From the NCBI RefSeq assembly GCF_006345805.1, contig NC_042997.1:44144001-44208000 (forward strand): a stretch of 64,000 nt of DNA. Direction: 5' to 3'. Position 1 is the stretch's first letter. Every line of letters starts with the position of its first letter. Made by a program: the position numbers and the translations under genes. The notes beneath the pieces are model-generated. The model was not told where the DNA came from. It did not search any database and saw only the letters and a program-made list of their open reading frames with translations. Shown piece after piece: positions 53,640 to 64,000 of the stretch. The stretch comes from Octopus sinensis (taxonomy: Eukaryota).

Positions 53640-56600
53640 TTATAAACGTGTTTCTCGCAAGGAGAGGAAACTTAAATTTCCTACTCCGGCAGAGACTGAT
53701 AAATATCTTGAAGATGTCTGGCCCTCGGTGCTACACTTATAGAAAGGTAAATAATATGGGAAGGTAGCTGCTATATACAGCAGTGTGCAAGAGGCCAGAA
53801 GAATGGCTACTATAACCAGCACGTGCCAGGATTTTGTAATGATTTCCCATTACATGGGTAAAAGTTTGGCTCGAATTCAAGTAAAGAACGTGCCGGGTCA
53901 CCGTGACCCGGCGAGGGTTTTAGTCATTCTGGAGGATCATGGGGAGATTGTGGAGGTGAAGCCCACCCCAAACTCAAAAGGACTTCTTATGGAATTGCAG
54001 ATACTTGTTTCTCCAGAGGAAATAAATGGCATTCCCGATTTTTTCTGTTTCGGGGAATGCGAATAGATGCCTGTTTCTATAGAAGGAAAAAAAACAGAAG
54101 TGTTTTGAGTGCTGGAATTCGAACCACATCAAAGTCTTTTGCCCCGCGGTGGAGAAAGCACGAAGCTCTCCACTGTTACTACCATCTCCTCAAGGTGGGG
54201 ACAAATCTATTACCTCGCATCTGCCTCCTTCCTCCAATCAGGCGTCGCAAAAGCAAAGTCTTCATTGACATCGCATCAAAAGGCCTTTGTCGGAGATAAG
54301 AGAAAAACTGATAATGAAACAAACAGAGAACGGTCAAAGTTGAAGGCCCTAAGACATGACAGAAAAAAACAAAATCCGTCGCGACTCCAATTTAAAAGCA
54401 AATCAACACCAACATCAACATCTTCATTGCAAACACATTCACATCCAAAAGAAACATGAAAACAAAAATAAACACCTGAGAAACAAAATGACTAACAGTC
54501 ACACTCTCGGGTACGTTCTTCTTTCATCGACTTCACTGTCGTTCAGAAGAGCAACATTAACTTGATTGAGAAAGTAGTTCATAACAAAAACATTACAAGC
54601 GAAATTTTTGCGCAACTCCTCCAGAAAGCTCCACCGGACAGGATGTTAATCCAAACAAACACGGACATGTATCTTTATTTAAAACAGAAATTCTCCCAGG
54701 ATATTGGAGGGTTTAGCAAGTACCCCGCAAAAATAACTTTCTAGGAAAACCCTTCCCCACTCCCCTTCTACCAAAAAGAAGACTGTGTCAGCAGTCATCC
54801 CCGAAGACCAAGATACGTAATTCCATTTTCTTTCCTCAAAGTTACACAAAGAGTTGGCTGTGTAAGTGTTCGGGGCCTGGGTTCGACTTGGAAGCATGGT
54901 CACCTGCTCAACAATTTCGATGTAACAGCAATTAGGGAGTCGAGAATTGCCGGGAAACATGCTCTTGCAACCATTTTTGAAGATTACAAGGTATTATCCT
55001 CTTGTGGTTTGTCGGAAGGGGCGGCGAGAATACTTGTTCAGTCAGCACGGATAAGGATAGTATAGGGTGTCCACAATTCAAATTGGTCGGCTACGAGCAA
55101 CAAAATTGGAGATGCGATGAGCAACAAAACCACGATCGGTCTTTGACGGAACGGGACGGGCGCGTGCTACATGGTTCTGAGCAGATGTGTGCGGCTTTTC
55201 AGCAGCACTTCGCGCAACTGTTTGGAGGTGGCGATAAGTCAACAACTGTAGCGGACTTTAGTTTGTACCTAGCTGGCCTGCTGCGGCTCTCGGTAACGGA
55301 CGTAAAGTTCTGCGAAAAGCCGATAACGGCCACTGAAATACGAGAGGTGATGAGCGATTGTACAAGTTCTGCCCTATGAATTCTATATATTTTTGCCAGA
55401 TTTGTTTGGCGATCTTTTGGCAAACGTTTACCGCAACTGACAACAGAACGGAAGAATTCCCAGTGCTGCTAGTCGGGTGTGGTGACACTGCTGAAGAAGG
55501 ACGCCGACAGTGGGGACATACAAGGTCTCGACCTCCAGGTGAATAAGAACTGGGACGAGGTGACGAACAGGGTGGCCAGTCTTATCCAGAAATGGGCTGA
55601 GAGAAAGCTGTCCTTGAAAGGTCTGGCAGAGGTAGCGAATGCCTATATCCCCTACGTCATCATTTATCCTCTGACCGCTGTGCCTTGTCCCAGTTATTGC
55701 TTGATCAAATTGGAGCGTCTCTTGTTCATGTTCTTGTGGAAGGGACGCGTTCCAATGGTCAGGCAGTCAATCTGCTGCCAGCTCCCTCTGCGTGGCGGCT
55801 TAGGCATGCCGGGGTTTTTGATGCGCCGACATGCGCTCAGGTTGCACCACCTGCAACGATTTCTAGAAGGTGAATGTGTGTGGGCTCCGTTTGTGAAGCA
55901 TCTATTTCCACAACTCGTCTCTTTAACGGAGCTGCAGTCCTGGCTGAAGGATAGACCAAGACTGAGCGCCTTGCACTTAGAATGTCGTCAGGCTGTTTTC
56001 TACCAATCGGGCTATAGGATCGGTGGATGTTCTCCTTCAGCTATTTATAGAGTATTAGTAGCGGGTAAGTGCGATGATGTCCTAGGGAAGACTCTGGGCG
56101 TTGACGAAGATGAACTGACTAGTCTGTTCCAGAGGACTTTCAGGTCGGGGACTATTATGGATAATTTCCAGGTGTCTTCGGCTCAGCAGTGCTACCGGAA
56201 GGGTGACGCTACCGGTTCGAGATAAACTCTACAGGCACGGATGTGCCGTCAGACGGGCTTGTCCGAGGGGGGCGCAGAGTGACGAAACCGTTCTGCATGC
56301 ACTCGTTCTGTGTCCGGCAATTTCTGACTTGTATAGTTACATCGAACAGCTGCTGTAGCGTGTGGAACGGATCAGTCTGTCGTCTGAGTCCATAATGATG
56401 ATTGTCCAGCCGCCCTCCTTTAATCGGGCTGGCAAGACAGTTTTCCTTTGTCTGGTTGCTGTGACGAAAGAGGTTGTCTGGTAGACGAGGCTGAAAAGAA
56501 TGAAGACAGAAAAATTCCTCTTCGGTAAAGCCCTCATCGACATTTTCAAGTTTCACTTGAAGAGGAAAGTCAGGGTGGAGAGGGAGGTGCTATCCTCGAG

Positions 56601-56950
56601 TGGAGTTATGAAAAGGTGGGTGAAAGTTGCGAAACTGACAAGAGTGATAGCACCACTCTCAATGTAGATCTGTGAGTCGAAGTAAAGGAGTTGGAAAAGG
56701 TATTTGTCCGGGGTATTCAGGGTGGTCTTGGATGGTGGGGTTTCTCGATCACCCCTAGAAGTCCTCCTGTATCAGGAGGACCTCATCACGATTTTTTTCT
56801 GATTGTTCTATACTATGTATACATCACTCCTTTTAATGTATACTAAGTATACTTTTATTTATTTATTTATTTATTTATATGTCATTCCCTTATATGTAGA
56901 CCCCCACACTTTATGTCTTTGTATCGTCCCCTTTATCATTCGCCCTGGTG
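53640..56950 (+). mobile_element. Decayed Tx1/L1-clade LINE (ORF1-like remnant plus ORF2)
   Basis: KPITATEIRE, WAERKLSLKG, FLWKGRVP..RGGLGMP, CPRG..ETVLHALVLCP. Confidence 0.8.
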
Positions 56951-56989
56951 GCAAATAAAAGAAATCATCATCATCATCATTATTATTAT

Positions 56990-57033
<44 letters not shown>

Positions 57034-57089
57034 TTATTATTATTATTATTATTGTTCTCATCATCATCATCATCATTGCCTTTGTACAG

Positions 57090-57611
57090 CTTCTAACGCT
57101 GAAGATGTACTACAGTGTCAGCTGTCCCCTACCAGTGAACCAAGGTAACACCTCTTAGTTCTCAAGCACCTTCCGGAGTATTCGAGCGGTTCCAAGCAGT
57201 GCTGTCTTCTGCAAGTGCTCCACCCTTATTGCAGCCCCTATTTGTTCCATGTACTTCTCGAGATTTTTACTCACTGTTCCCTGGGCTCCAACAATTATTA
57301 GTACTACTACCACCTTTTTCATCGACCACAACTGCTTTGCCTCCCAAGCTAACCTGTCATATCTCTCGACTTTTCTTTCTTCCTTATCGCATACCTTGTT
57401 TTCAGCTGGACATGCTATATCTATGATCCAGCATAGTTTACTTTCTTTCTCAATTAAGACTATGTCTGGCTTCCAATTTTCTATCTCATGGTAGCACCGA
57501 ATCCCACAGGGTCCCACAGAATCTTTGTATTATCATTTTCGATGATGCCTTCGGGTTTGTGGTCGTACCAATTTTTTCTCTGTCAAGACCATACTTGTAG
57601 CAAAGCGTCCA
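57090..57611 (-). mobile_element. RLE LINE 3' end between (TTA)n tracts
   Basis: KPDIVLIEK..IIDIACP..IVGAQG..LQKTALLGTARILRKVLE. Confidence 0.88.
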
Positions 57612-57674
<63 letters not shown>

Positions 57675-57959
57675 TGCGTTCCTAAAACGACATCATCGGT
57701 CTTCGGTCTTTCACAAAAGGTAGAAGGAAGGAAAGAAAGAAAAATGAAAAAGAAAAAAAAGAATTGGGGAAAAATCATTCAGTCAAAACGTTTAGTGTAA
57801 ATATGGTGGAATTCTCCTGCCATTTTATTAATTCCTCCAGGCTGAGATGTCAACAGCTCACAAATATATCTATCCTCATGGGTTTTGGGGACTAAAAGTA
57901 CAGTGGAGTGAGGGGTTTTTTCCATCAAGAATTATAACAGAAATGCTATGATTTAAACA

Positions 57960-58200
57960 GGGGGGACCTGTAAAGATTCCCATTTGGTGTATGCAGCAGA
58001 ATGCGCCAAATACAAAATGATTTGTGCTGGTTGCACAACAGAACGATTACAAAAGAGATTTATCGGACATAGCTACAACGTCAGGCATAATAACACTGGT
58101 TCCACGAAACTTGGGGAGCATTTCACATCAAACAGGTGTAAATTTGAGGAAAACCTGAAGGTGCACTTTCTGTCCTCAAAACCCATGAGGATAAATCCTT
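57960..58200 (+). mobile_element. Penelope-like GIY-YIG endonuclease fragment
   Basis: TCKDSHLVYAAECAK..GCTTERLQKRFIGH..LGEHF. Confidence 0.6.
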
Positions 58201-58480
58201 AAAATCCTTTAAAATGTTTTAGCCCGAAGGCCGCGGCTATGCTGGGGCACCACCGCTGAATAGATATATTTTTAAATACCGAATGGCTATGAGGGTCCAC
58301 CAGAATAAAATATTAATCAAAGGGGTCCATAGGCAAAAAGTTGTTGAGAACCCTTGTTCTTCAACCCTGAAAGCTCTCAAAAGTCAAGTGAAAATTGTGA
58401 CCGAAGTACCATCGATTGTATCATGAAACAAGATGTAAAAACATGATGCGTGCGTAAAAGACTAAAAATGCTGCAAGTAG

Positions 58481-58512
<32 letters not shown>

Positions 58513-59182
58513 GGGAAGTGAGCAACTAGCAAGTAGGTAAAAAAGAATCTGTTCTGGGAAATACGAAAAAGACCTTCGATCCTGCTCAGCTAAATATTGT
58601 CCAATAATATAATTTGACGGAAGTAAATAAGGTTTATGGGTAGTGGCTAGATCGAGCCCTGTTATTGAGGGGCGGAACAAAAGTTTAAGATCAAGAGATC
58701 AAAAGTAAAAAAAAAAAGAAACAAGGTCATGAGCTTCCGTACAAATCAGGTTTTGACATAAACTCATGTCATTATAAAAATTAATATGAAGAAGTGGAAG
58801 TGTGACCTGTAAAACACGAATCTTCCTTCGTCACTATTCAATGAACAATTAAAATACTATATTAGCAACTTGTAAATAATTAAACCAACAAAAAAGAAGT
58901 TGTTTGTTGGTTACGATCAAACGAAATTACTTCGACATCCTTATTTCCTTCCTCTAAAAATAGATTTTCAATATATTCTGAAAGAGGATGTAGCCTGAAA
59001 GTTGGATATTTTAAGGAAAGAAAATAGATTAATGAACTGATTTGCATAAATACAAATATTGTCGACAAAATATTCAGAATAATTTTCTAATAATAAATAA
59101 AGGATCTGCATGACTTAATTCCATTATCCCGTTCATTAAGGGCTTATCATGATGTAATAAATTTTCCACTCGCACGAAATCC

Positions 59183-59190
59183 TATAAATA
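59183..59190 (+). promoter_or_regulatory. Candidate TATA box of the IL-17-like gene
   Basis: TATAAATA about 210 bp upstream of the ATG in repeat-free sequence. Confidence 0.55.
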
Positions 59191-59399
59191 CGGCTTGTTA
59201 GCAAATCCTTCAATAGAACTCATCCAACTTTGGTTGCGATAACTTCAAAAACCTTCTAAAGTAGATTGAGATTTCAACACTTCACTATTTTGAACGAAGA
59301 GCAGAACATTCAAACGCATTTGCCAATCCATCAACAATACAGACCATTCAAGCTTATTCTTTCACCACAATTGACAAGTTATACTTATTCCCTGGAAAG

Positions 59400-59429
59400 A
59401 TGCAAAAATTGATCATCGCAGCAATTCCT
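59400..59429 (+). CDS. Exon 1 of the IL-17-like gene (MQKLIIAAIP, start of signal peptide)
   Basis: AAGATG Kozak context, ten codons, then a GTAAGT donor; phase 0 matches the acceptor at 62286. Confidence 0.8.
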
Positions 59430-59599
59430 GTAAGTATAATTATTGAAGTTACTTTTCTTACTTTTCTTTCTTATGTATGGTATGCGTACATAATTTTATA
59501 TTGACCAACACGGCTAACATTAAACATGCGTAAGTGTGAGCATTTTTAAGTTTGTGCACTTATATATACATATATATAAATATATATATATAAAATATA

Positions 59600-59843
59600 G
59601 ATGCGCCCTTTTAAAGCCTAGCCAGGCTCATGGGCCCGGTTTTCCCGGTTTCCGTGGCGTATGTGTTCCCCAGCTGGACGGGACCCATCGCATCATTACT
59701 CATTTTTGCCAGCTAGTGGACTGGAGCAGCGTGAAATGAAGTGCTTTTGGCTCAAGACACAACGCATCGCCCGGCCCAAGAATCGAAACCACAATCTTAC
59801 GATCATGATGCTGACACCCTAACCACTAAGCTACGCGCCTCCT
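59600..59843 (-). mobile_element. tRNA-derived SINE in the intron
   Basis: Head related to the 19810 family, different tail. Confidence 0.8.
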
Positions 59844-59861
59844 TTATATATACATATATAT

Positions 59862-59902
<41 letters not shown>

Positions 59903-60007
59903 TATATATATATTATATTATAATATATATATATATACTATATATATCTATATATATATATATATATATATTAATATATATATATATATATATATATATA
60001 CTATATA

Positions 60008-60048
<41 letters not shown>

Positions 60049-60209
60049 TCTATATATATATATACATATATATATATAACTATATATATTATAAATTACA
60101 TTATATATCTATATATATATATATAATATATATTATATATATATACATATATATATATCTATATATATATACTATATACTATATTATATATATATACATA
60201 TATATATAA

Positions 60210-60251
<42 letters not shown>

Positions 60252-60445
60252 TAATATATAATATAAATATATATATATATAAATAATGCCACTTGGTGTT
60301 GAATAGATATGCTATTAAATTAGTATCTAATTCTCTCACCCTTATTAATTAATTATATATATATATATTCTATATATATATAGGTATATATATATATTTA
60401 TATTATATATATATATTTATATATATGCATATATATATATATAGT
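59844..60445. repeat. Degenerate (TA)n arrays
   Basis: Directly visible. Confidence 0.95.
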
Positions 60446-60495
60446 TAAAAAGAAGAAAAGAAAATGGAGATAAAGAAGTTAATAATTATTTAATT

Positions 60496-60810
60496 ATTAT
60501 CAAATTTGTCATCTTCACTTCTTACAGCCCTTTCAGTTAATACTCAATAACTTAATTACAAATTTGTACCTTAAATTTGCCTTTATGTGACATTAGCATA
60601 ATTCCATCAGAGAAAAGAAAAAGAGATGTGTCTTGGGATGTTATATGTGGACCTGTCCATTTAATTCAGCAGAATCTGAAATGAATTGATTGGTCCCTGA
60701 GGAAATTATGCGCATGTCACATAAATGCAAATTTAATGTACAAATTTGTAATTAAATACGTGAGTATCAACAGAAACGGCCGTAAGATGCGAAGCTGACC
60801 AATTTGGTAA
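60496..60810. mobile_element. Older fold-back element (about 115 bp arms) with degenerate hammerheads, intronic
   Basis: 60496-60610 is the inverse of 60697-60810; plus CUGAGGA..GAAA-CGGCCG-UA-AGA; minus UCU-CUGAUGG..GAAA-GGGCUG-UA-AGA. Confidence 0.75.
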
Positions 60811-61059
60811 TCTTTATATATAAAAGTGAGGAGGTTGTGTGAGTGTCTGTCTCCTACGATTTAGATTCCTAACTACTCCCACATTTTGCGGTGCAGTTTA
60901 ACCAAAACCGGGTATCTTATAGTCGTGATTCATATCGAGCCCTTCTGGGTATTAGCGCGCGTCTACGATGAGTCTACGATTTAAAAAAAATTTACCATCA
61001 TTTTTTTCCATTTTAATGCATTTTTTTCGCTATTATATAAGGGAAGTAACTCTCTAAAA
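60811..61059 (+). mobile_element. 3'-truncated non-autonomous Helitron
   Basis: Near-identical to 53239-53485. Confidence 0.85.
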
Positions 61060-61708
61060 TGTATGTATGTATGTATGTATGTATGTATGTATGTATGTAT
61101 GCATGTATGTATGCATGTATGCATGCATATTTGTACATGTATATGTGTATGTATATATTATACATACATACATACATACATACATACATTTACATATACA
61201 TATACATACATACGTATGTGAAATCAGAAGAGACGAAACAATAGTTCAAACTTACTGCAAACTGTAAATATATAAGTCTAAAACACCCGGCCTTTAAACG
61301 CTGGGTTTTCTTACTAGACTCTTGGTTTTTATGAACATTATTGGGTGTGTGTGTGTGTATCATAGTAAGAGGGACGAAACTAATGGATGTTTTTGGTATT
61401 ACTATATATGTTTCTGTAGTGAAATTTTATTTAAAACACAAGAACATTATATAATTTAGCATGTAACAATATACAACCTCATATAGCATCATGTAGCACT
61501 GCACTTTCACACGCTACACCATCGTAACCTTCGATGCCAATAAATTGTTATTGTTCCTGGCCGTATACTGTCCACCTTTTTGTTTTCTGTATCTGCTACG
61601 GACTGCTTGAAGCTTACAAACTTCCTACACTTGGATCCATGGATCTTACCCTTGTATCTGTATCTATATCTTTATGTATATATATATTGTATATATTTAT
61701 GTATTTAC

Positions 61709-62137
61709 GGATCTTTTTGGTTTGAACGGCAGTTTTTTCTAGCGGTGTCATACGAAATTGTTACCCATAATTATGACCCTAGAATCGATCTATTGCATTT
61801 CAATCTCTTTTAGGGTTAGGGTTAGTTAGGGTTAGGGTTAGGGGTGGGGAAGGGTATCTTTTTTTTTCTTCACAAATGTAAATAACCAATCTGTTTCTTA
61901 AACGAGGGACATGTTTATACGCACAGAACTTTTTTAACTCATAGACGTCCCTGATTGGTTGAAATTGCCAGAAATTGAAGAAAAAAACAACAAATATCTT
62001 ACAAACTATAGAATTTTCTCAATAAAGCCAAGAGAAAAAGATGTTTTATAAACACATTCTACCAGTATACGAAGTTTGAAATTCTTTTAGTTACCTAGAA
62101 ATTATGTTAAAAACTGCCGTTCAAACCGAAAAGATCC
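61709..62137. mobile_element. MITE with about 27 bp TIRs, 8-bp TSD and internal TTAGGG repeats (Merlin-like)
   Basis: TIR GGATCTTTT.GGTTTGAACGGCAGTTTT; TSD GTATTTAC at 61701-61708 and 62138-62145. Confidence 0.9.
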
Positions 62138-62286
62138 GTATTTACGATAATATACATACACGTACACACACACATACACGCACACACACACATGCTTGCG
62201 CGCAACCATATTTATGCACATAGTAATATGTGTATGTAAAATTATCTGAAGAGTCTTTAAACATTTTCTTTGTTTTACATTTACAG

Positions 62287-62673
62287 CTGATGTTTATCAT
62301 ATTGCAAGCTGCCGTTATGCTGGACGCGAAATGCGTCCCGCTACACAAAGAGCTGACTCTTGGCGCCTCCATTAGATCCACGTGTCCCAACGCTAGCAGC
62401 GAAGAGTTGTGCCCATCAAAAACGGTTATTAACAACGATACTGAGCATCGGCTGCCAATGATATTGCTTGAACGTCGTTGCTGTACGAAATTGTGTTTGA
62501 GCGGGAAACCCCACGTTTGCAAAGAGCAGTACATGGAGATCATTGTCATGAAACGACCGACTGTGAACGACCCCTACGTCAAGAAGAGCATGAACATTTC
62601 GGTTGGCTGTGTCTGCATGCGTAAGCGGGAGAAGATTGATTTGCCCGAACCGACAATGGAGGAAGAGCGATAA
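62287..62673 (+). CDS. Exon 2 of a secreted IL-17-like cystine-knot cytokine (138 aa spliced)
   Basis: Polypyrimidine tract plus TTACAG acceptor; CP..N.D..R.P..L.E..C..C..C..Y..I.V.K..Y..ISVGCVC matches the invertebrate IL-17 pattern; intact frame. Confidence 0.85.
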   Translation: MMFIILQAAVMLDAKCVPLHKELTLGASIRSTCPNASSEELCPSKTVINNDTEHRLPMILLERRCCTKLCLSGKPHVCKEQYMEIIVMKRPTVNDPYVKKSMNISVGCVCMRKREKIDLPEPTMEEER

Positions 62674-62854
62674 CAACATCAACAACAACAACATGAACAA
62701 CAAACAACAACAAACAACAACAACGACGTCGACAAAGATTTGAAATTACGATACACCTTTTATTTTTTTAAAAATAATTTTAAATGAAATGGTTAAACTC
62801 GAAAAAGTCAAGATGTACATACACTACATATGCAAACATACATACATACATATA

Positions 62855-63210
62855 TCTCTTCATAAACGGCAGTTGTCTGCGTTTTCTGTGTGTTGTTTTC
62901 GTACCCTCACTCGACCACGGCTTTCAACCGATTCTGAATGAAACTGACACACACATAGCCCAATGTCATATTCAAAACTAACGATGTAAAATTTTAAAGT
63001 TCCCCCAGTTCTGAAAAAAAACATAATATTCGACATGGGGTCGAGAATCAAAACGCAAACCCATACCGTCTAGGGGACGCAACTCCCCTTTTTAACTCTC
63101 AAAAAAAATTACCTAATTGTTTCCCATTTTTTTGGTATTTTTTGGCTATACTCTCTAAAATGCTTTATAGTTATTTCCACAAACCTGAGCAAGCCGGGCG
63201 ATACTGCTAG
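62855..63210 (+). mobile_element. Non-autonomous Helitron, related family
   Basis: 3' part homologous to 53500-53635, ending GGGCGATACTGCTAG|T. Confidence 0.75.
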
Positions 63211-63350
63211 TATATATATATATATATATATATTATAGTATATATATATATAAATATGCATGTATGTCTGTATTATGTATGTATGCAATTATATAATATA
63301 TATATTATATAATACATAATTACACATACATACAACATATGTACATACAT

Positions 63351-63384
<34 letters not shown>

Positions 63385-63557
63385 GCATACATACATACAC
63401 ATACATAATACATACATACATACAATACATACATGCATAATACAAATCTACACATACATACAAACACGTACATATATGTATATACATGTACACACATACA
63501 TAGAAACATACATATATACATACATACACATTTCAAAACATACATACAAAAATATAA

Positions 63558-63614
<57 letters not shown>

Positions 63615-64000
63615 GCAATAGAGAATATGCAAACCTTAGACCAACTTCTCTATCAACATAGAAACAGTGACAACCATTGAAAGCGTAACTTTGCAATACT
63701 CTCTACTCCACTACATTCCACGTTTTACTGTCTTTTTTTTTGTCCCCTTATACAGCAGTTATTGATATAAGATATGGAGCTGAGGTGGTTGTCCGATGGA
63801 ATAATATCCTACCATCTTTAAAAAATTCACACAAGCATACAAAAATACACATTGACAGTTTAGTCATGGTTATACAACAAAAATATTTGAAATAGAAAAA
63901 AGATATTTTTTACATTATACAACCTTTTTTTTTTACAAATTTGCATAACTATTTTACAATATTATATAATGATACATTTTTATACTGCATTTTATAACAC

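Noticed and set aside
61809-61843. Telomere or chromosome fusion site
   Set aside because: Only a few units, internal to a MITE
62230-62286. 5' extension of the cytokine ORF as given in the track
   Set aside because: Starts at GTG and lies in the intron's polypyrimidine tract

Overview
AT-rich, microsatellite-laden animal genomic DNA. The SINE/LINE repertoire and the IL-17-like gene suggest an octopus (inference from remembered repeat families, not a search). Almost all ORFs in the supplied track are microsatellite or SINE noise. One credible host gene was found: a two-exon secreted cystine-knot IL-17-like cytokine (exon 1 59400-59429, exon 2 62287-62673, 138 aa) whose first exon is absent from the ORF track. 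The rest is transposon debris: TAA-targeting R4/Dong-type LINEs, CR1-group and Tx1/L1 LINEs, mariner remnants, a non-coding LTR element with a tRNA-Trp PBS, Merlin-like MITEs, Helitrons, three SINE families and Penelope-like elements. The most striking signal is about ten minimal type-I hammerhead ribozyme motifs between 41 and 61 kb. They lie mostly in short ORF-less fold-back elements at (TA)n/(TG)n tracts; one terminates a Penelope-like element and one degenerate pair sits in the cytokine intron. Coordinates were counted by hand, and boundaries of decayed elements are approximate.
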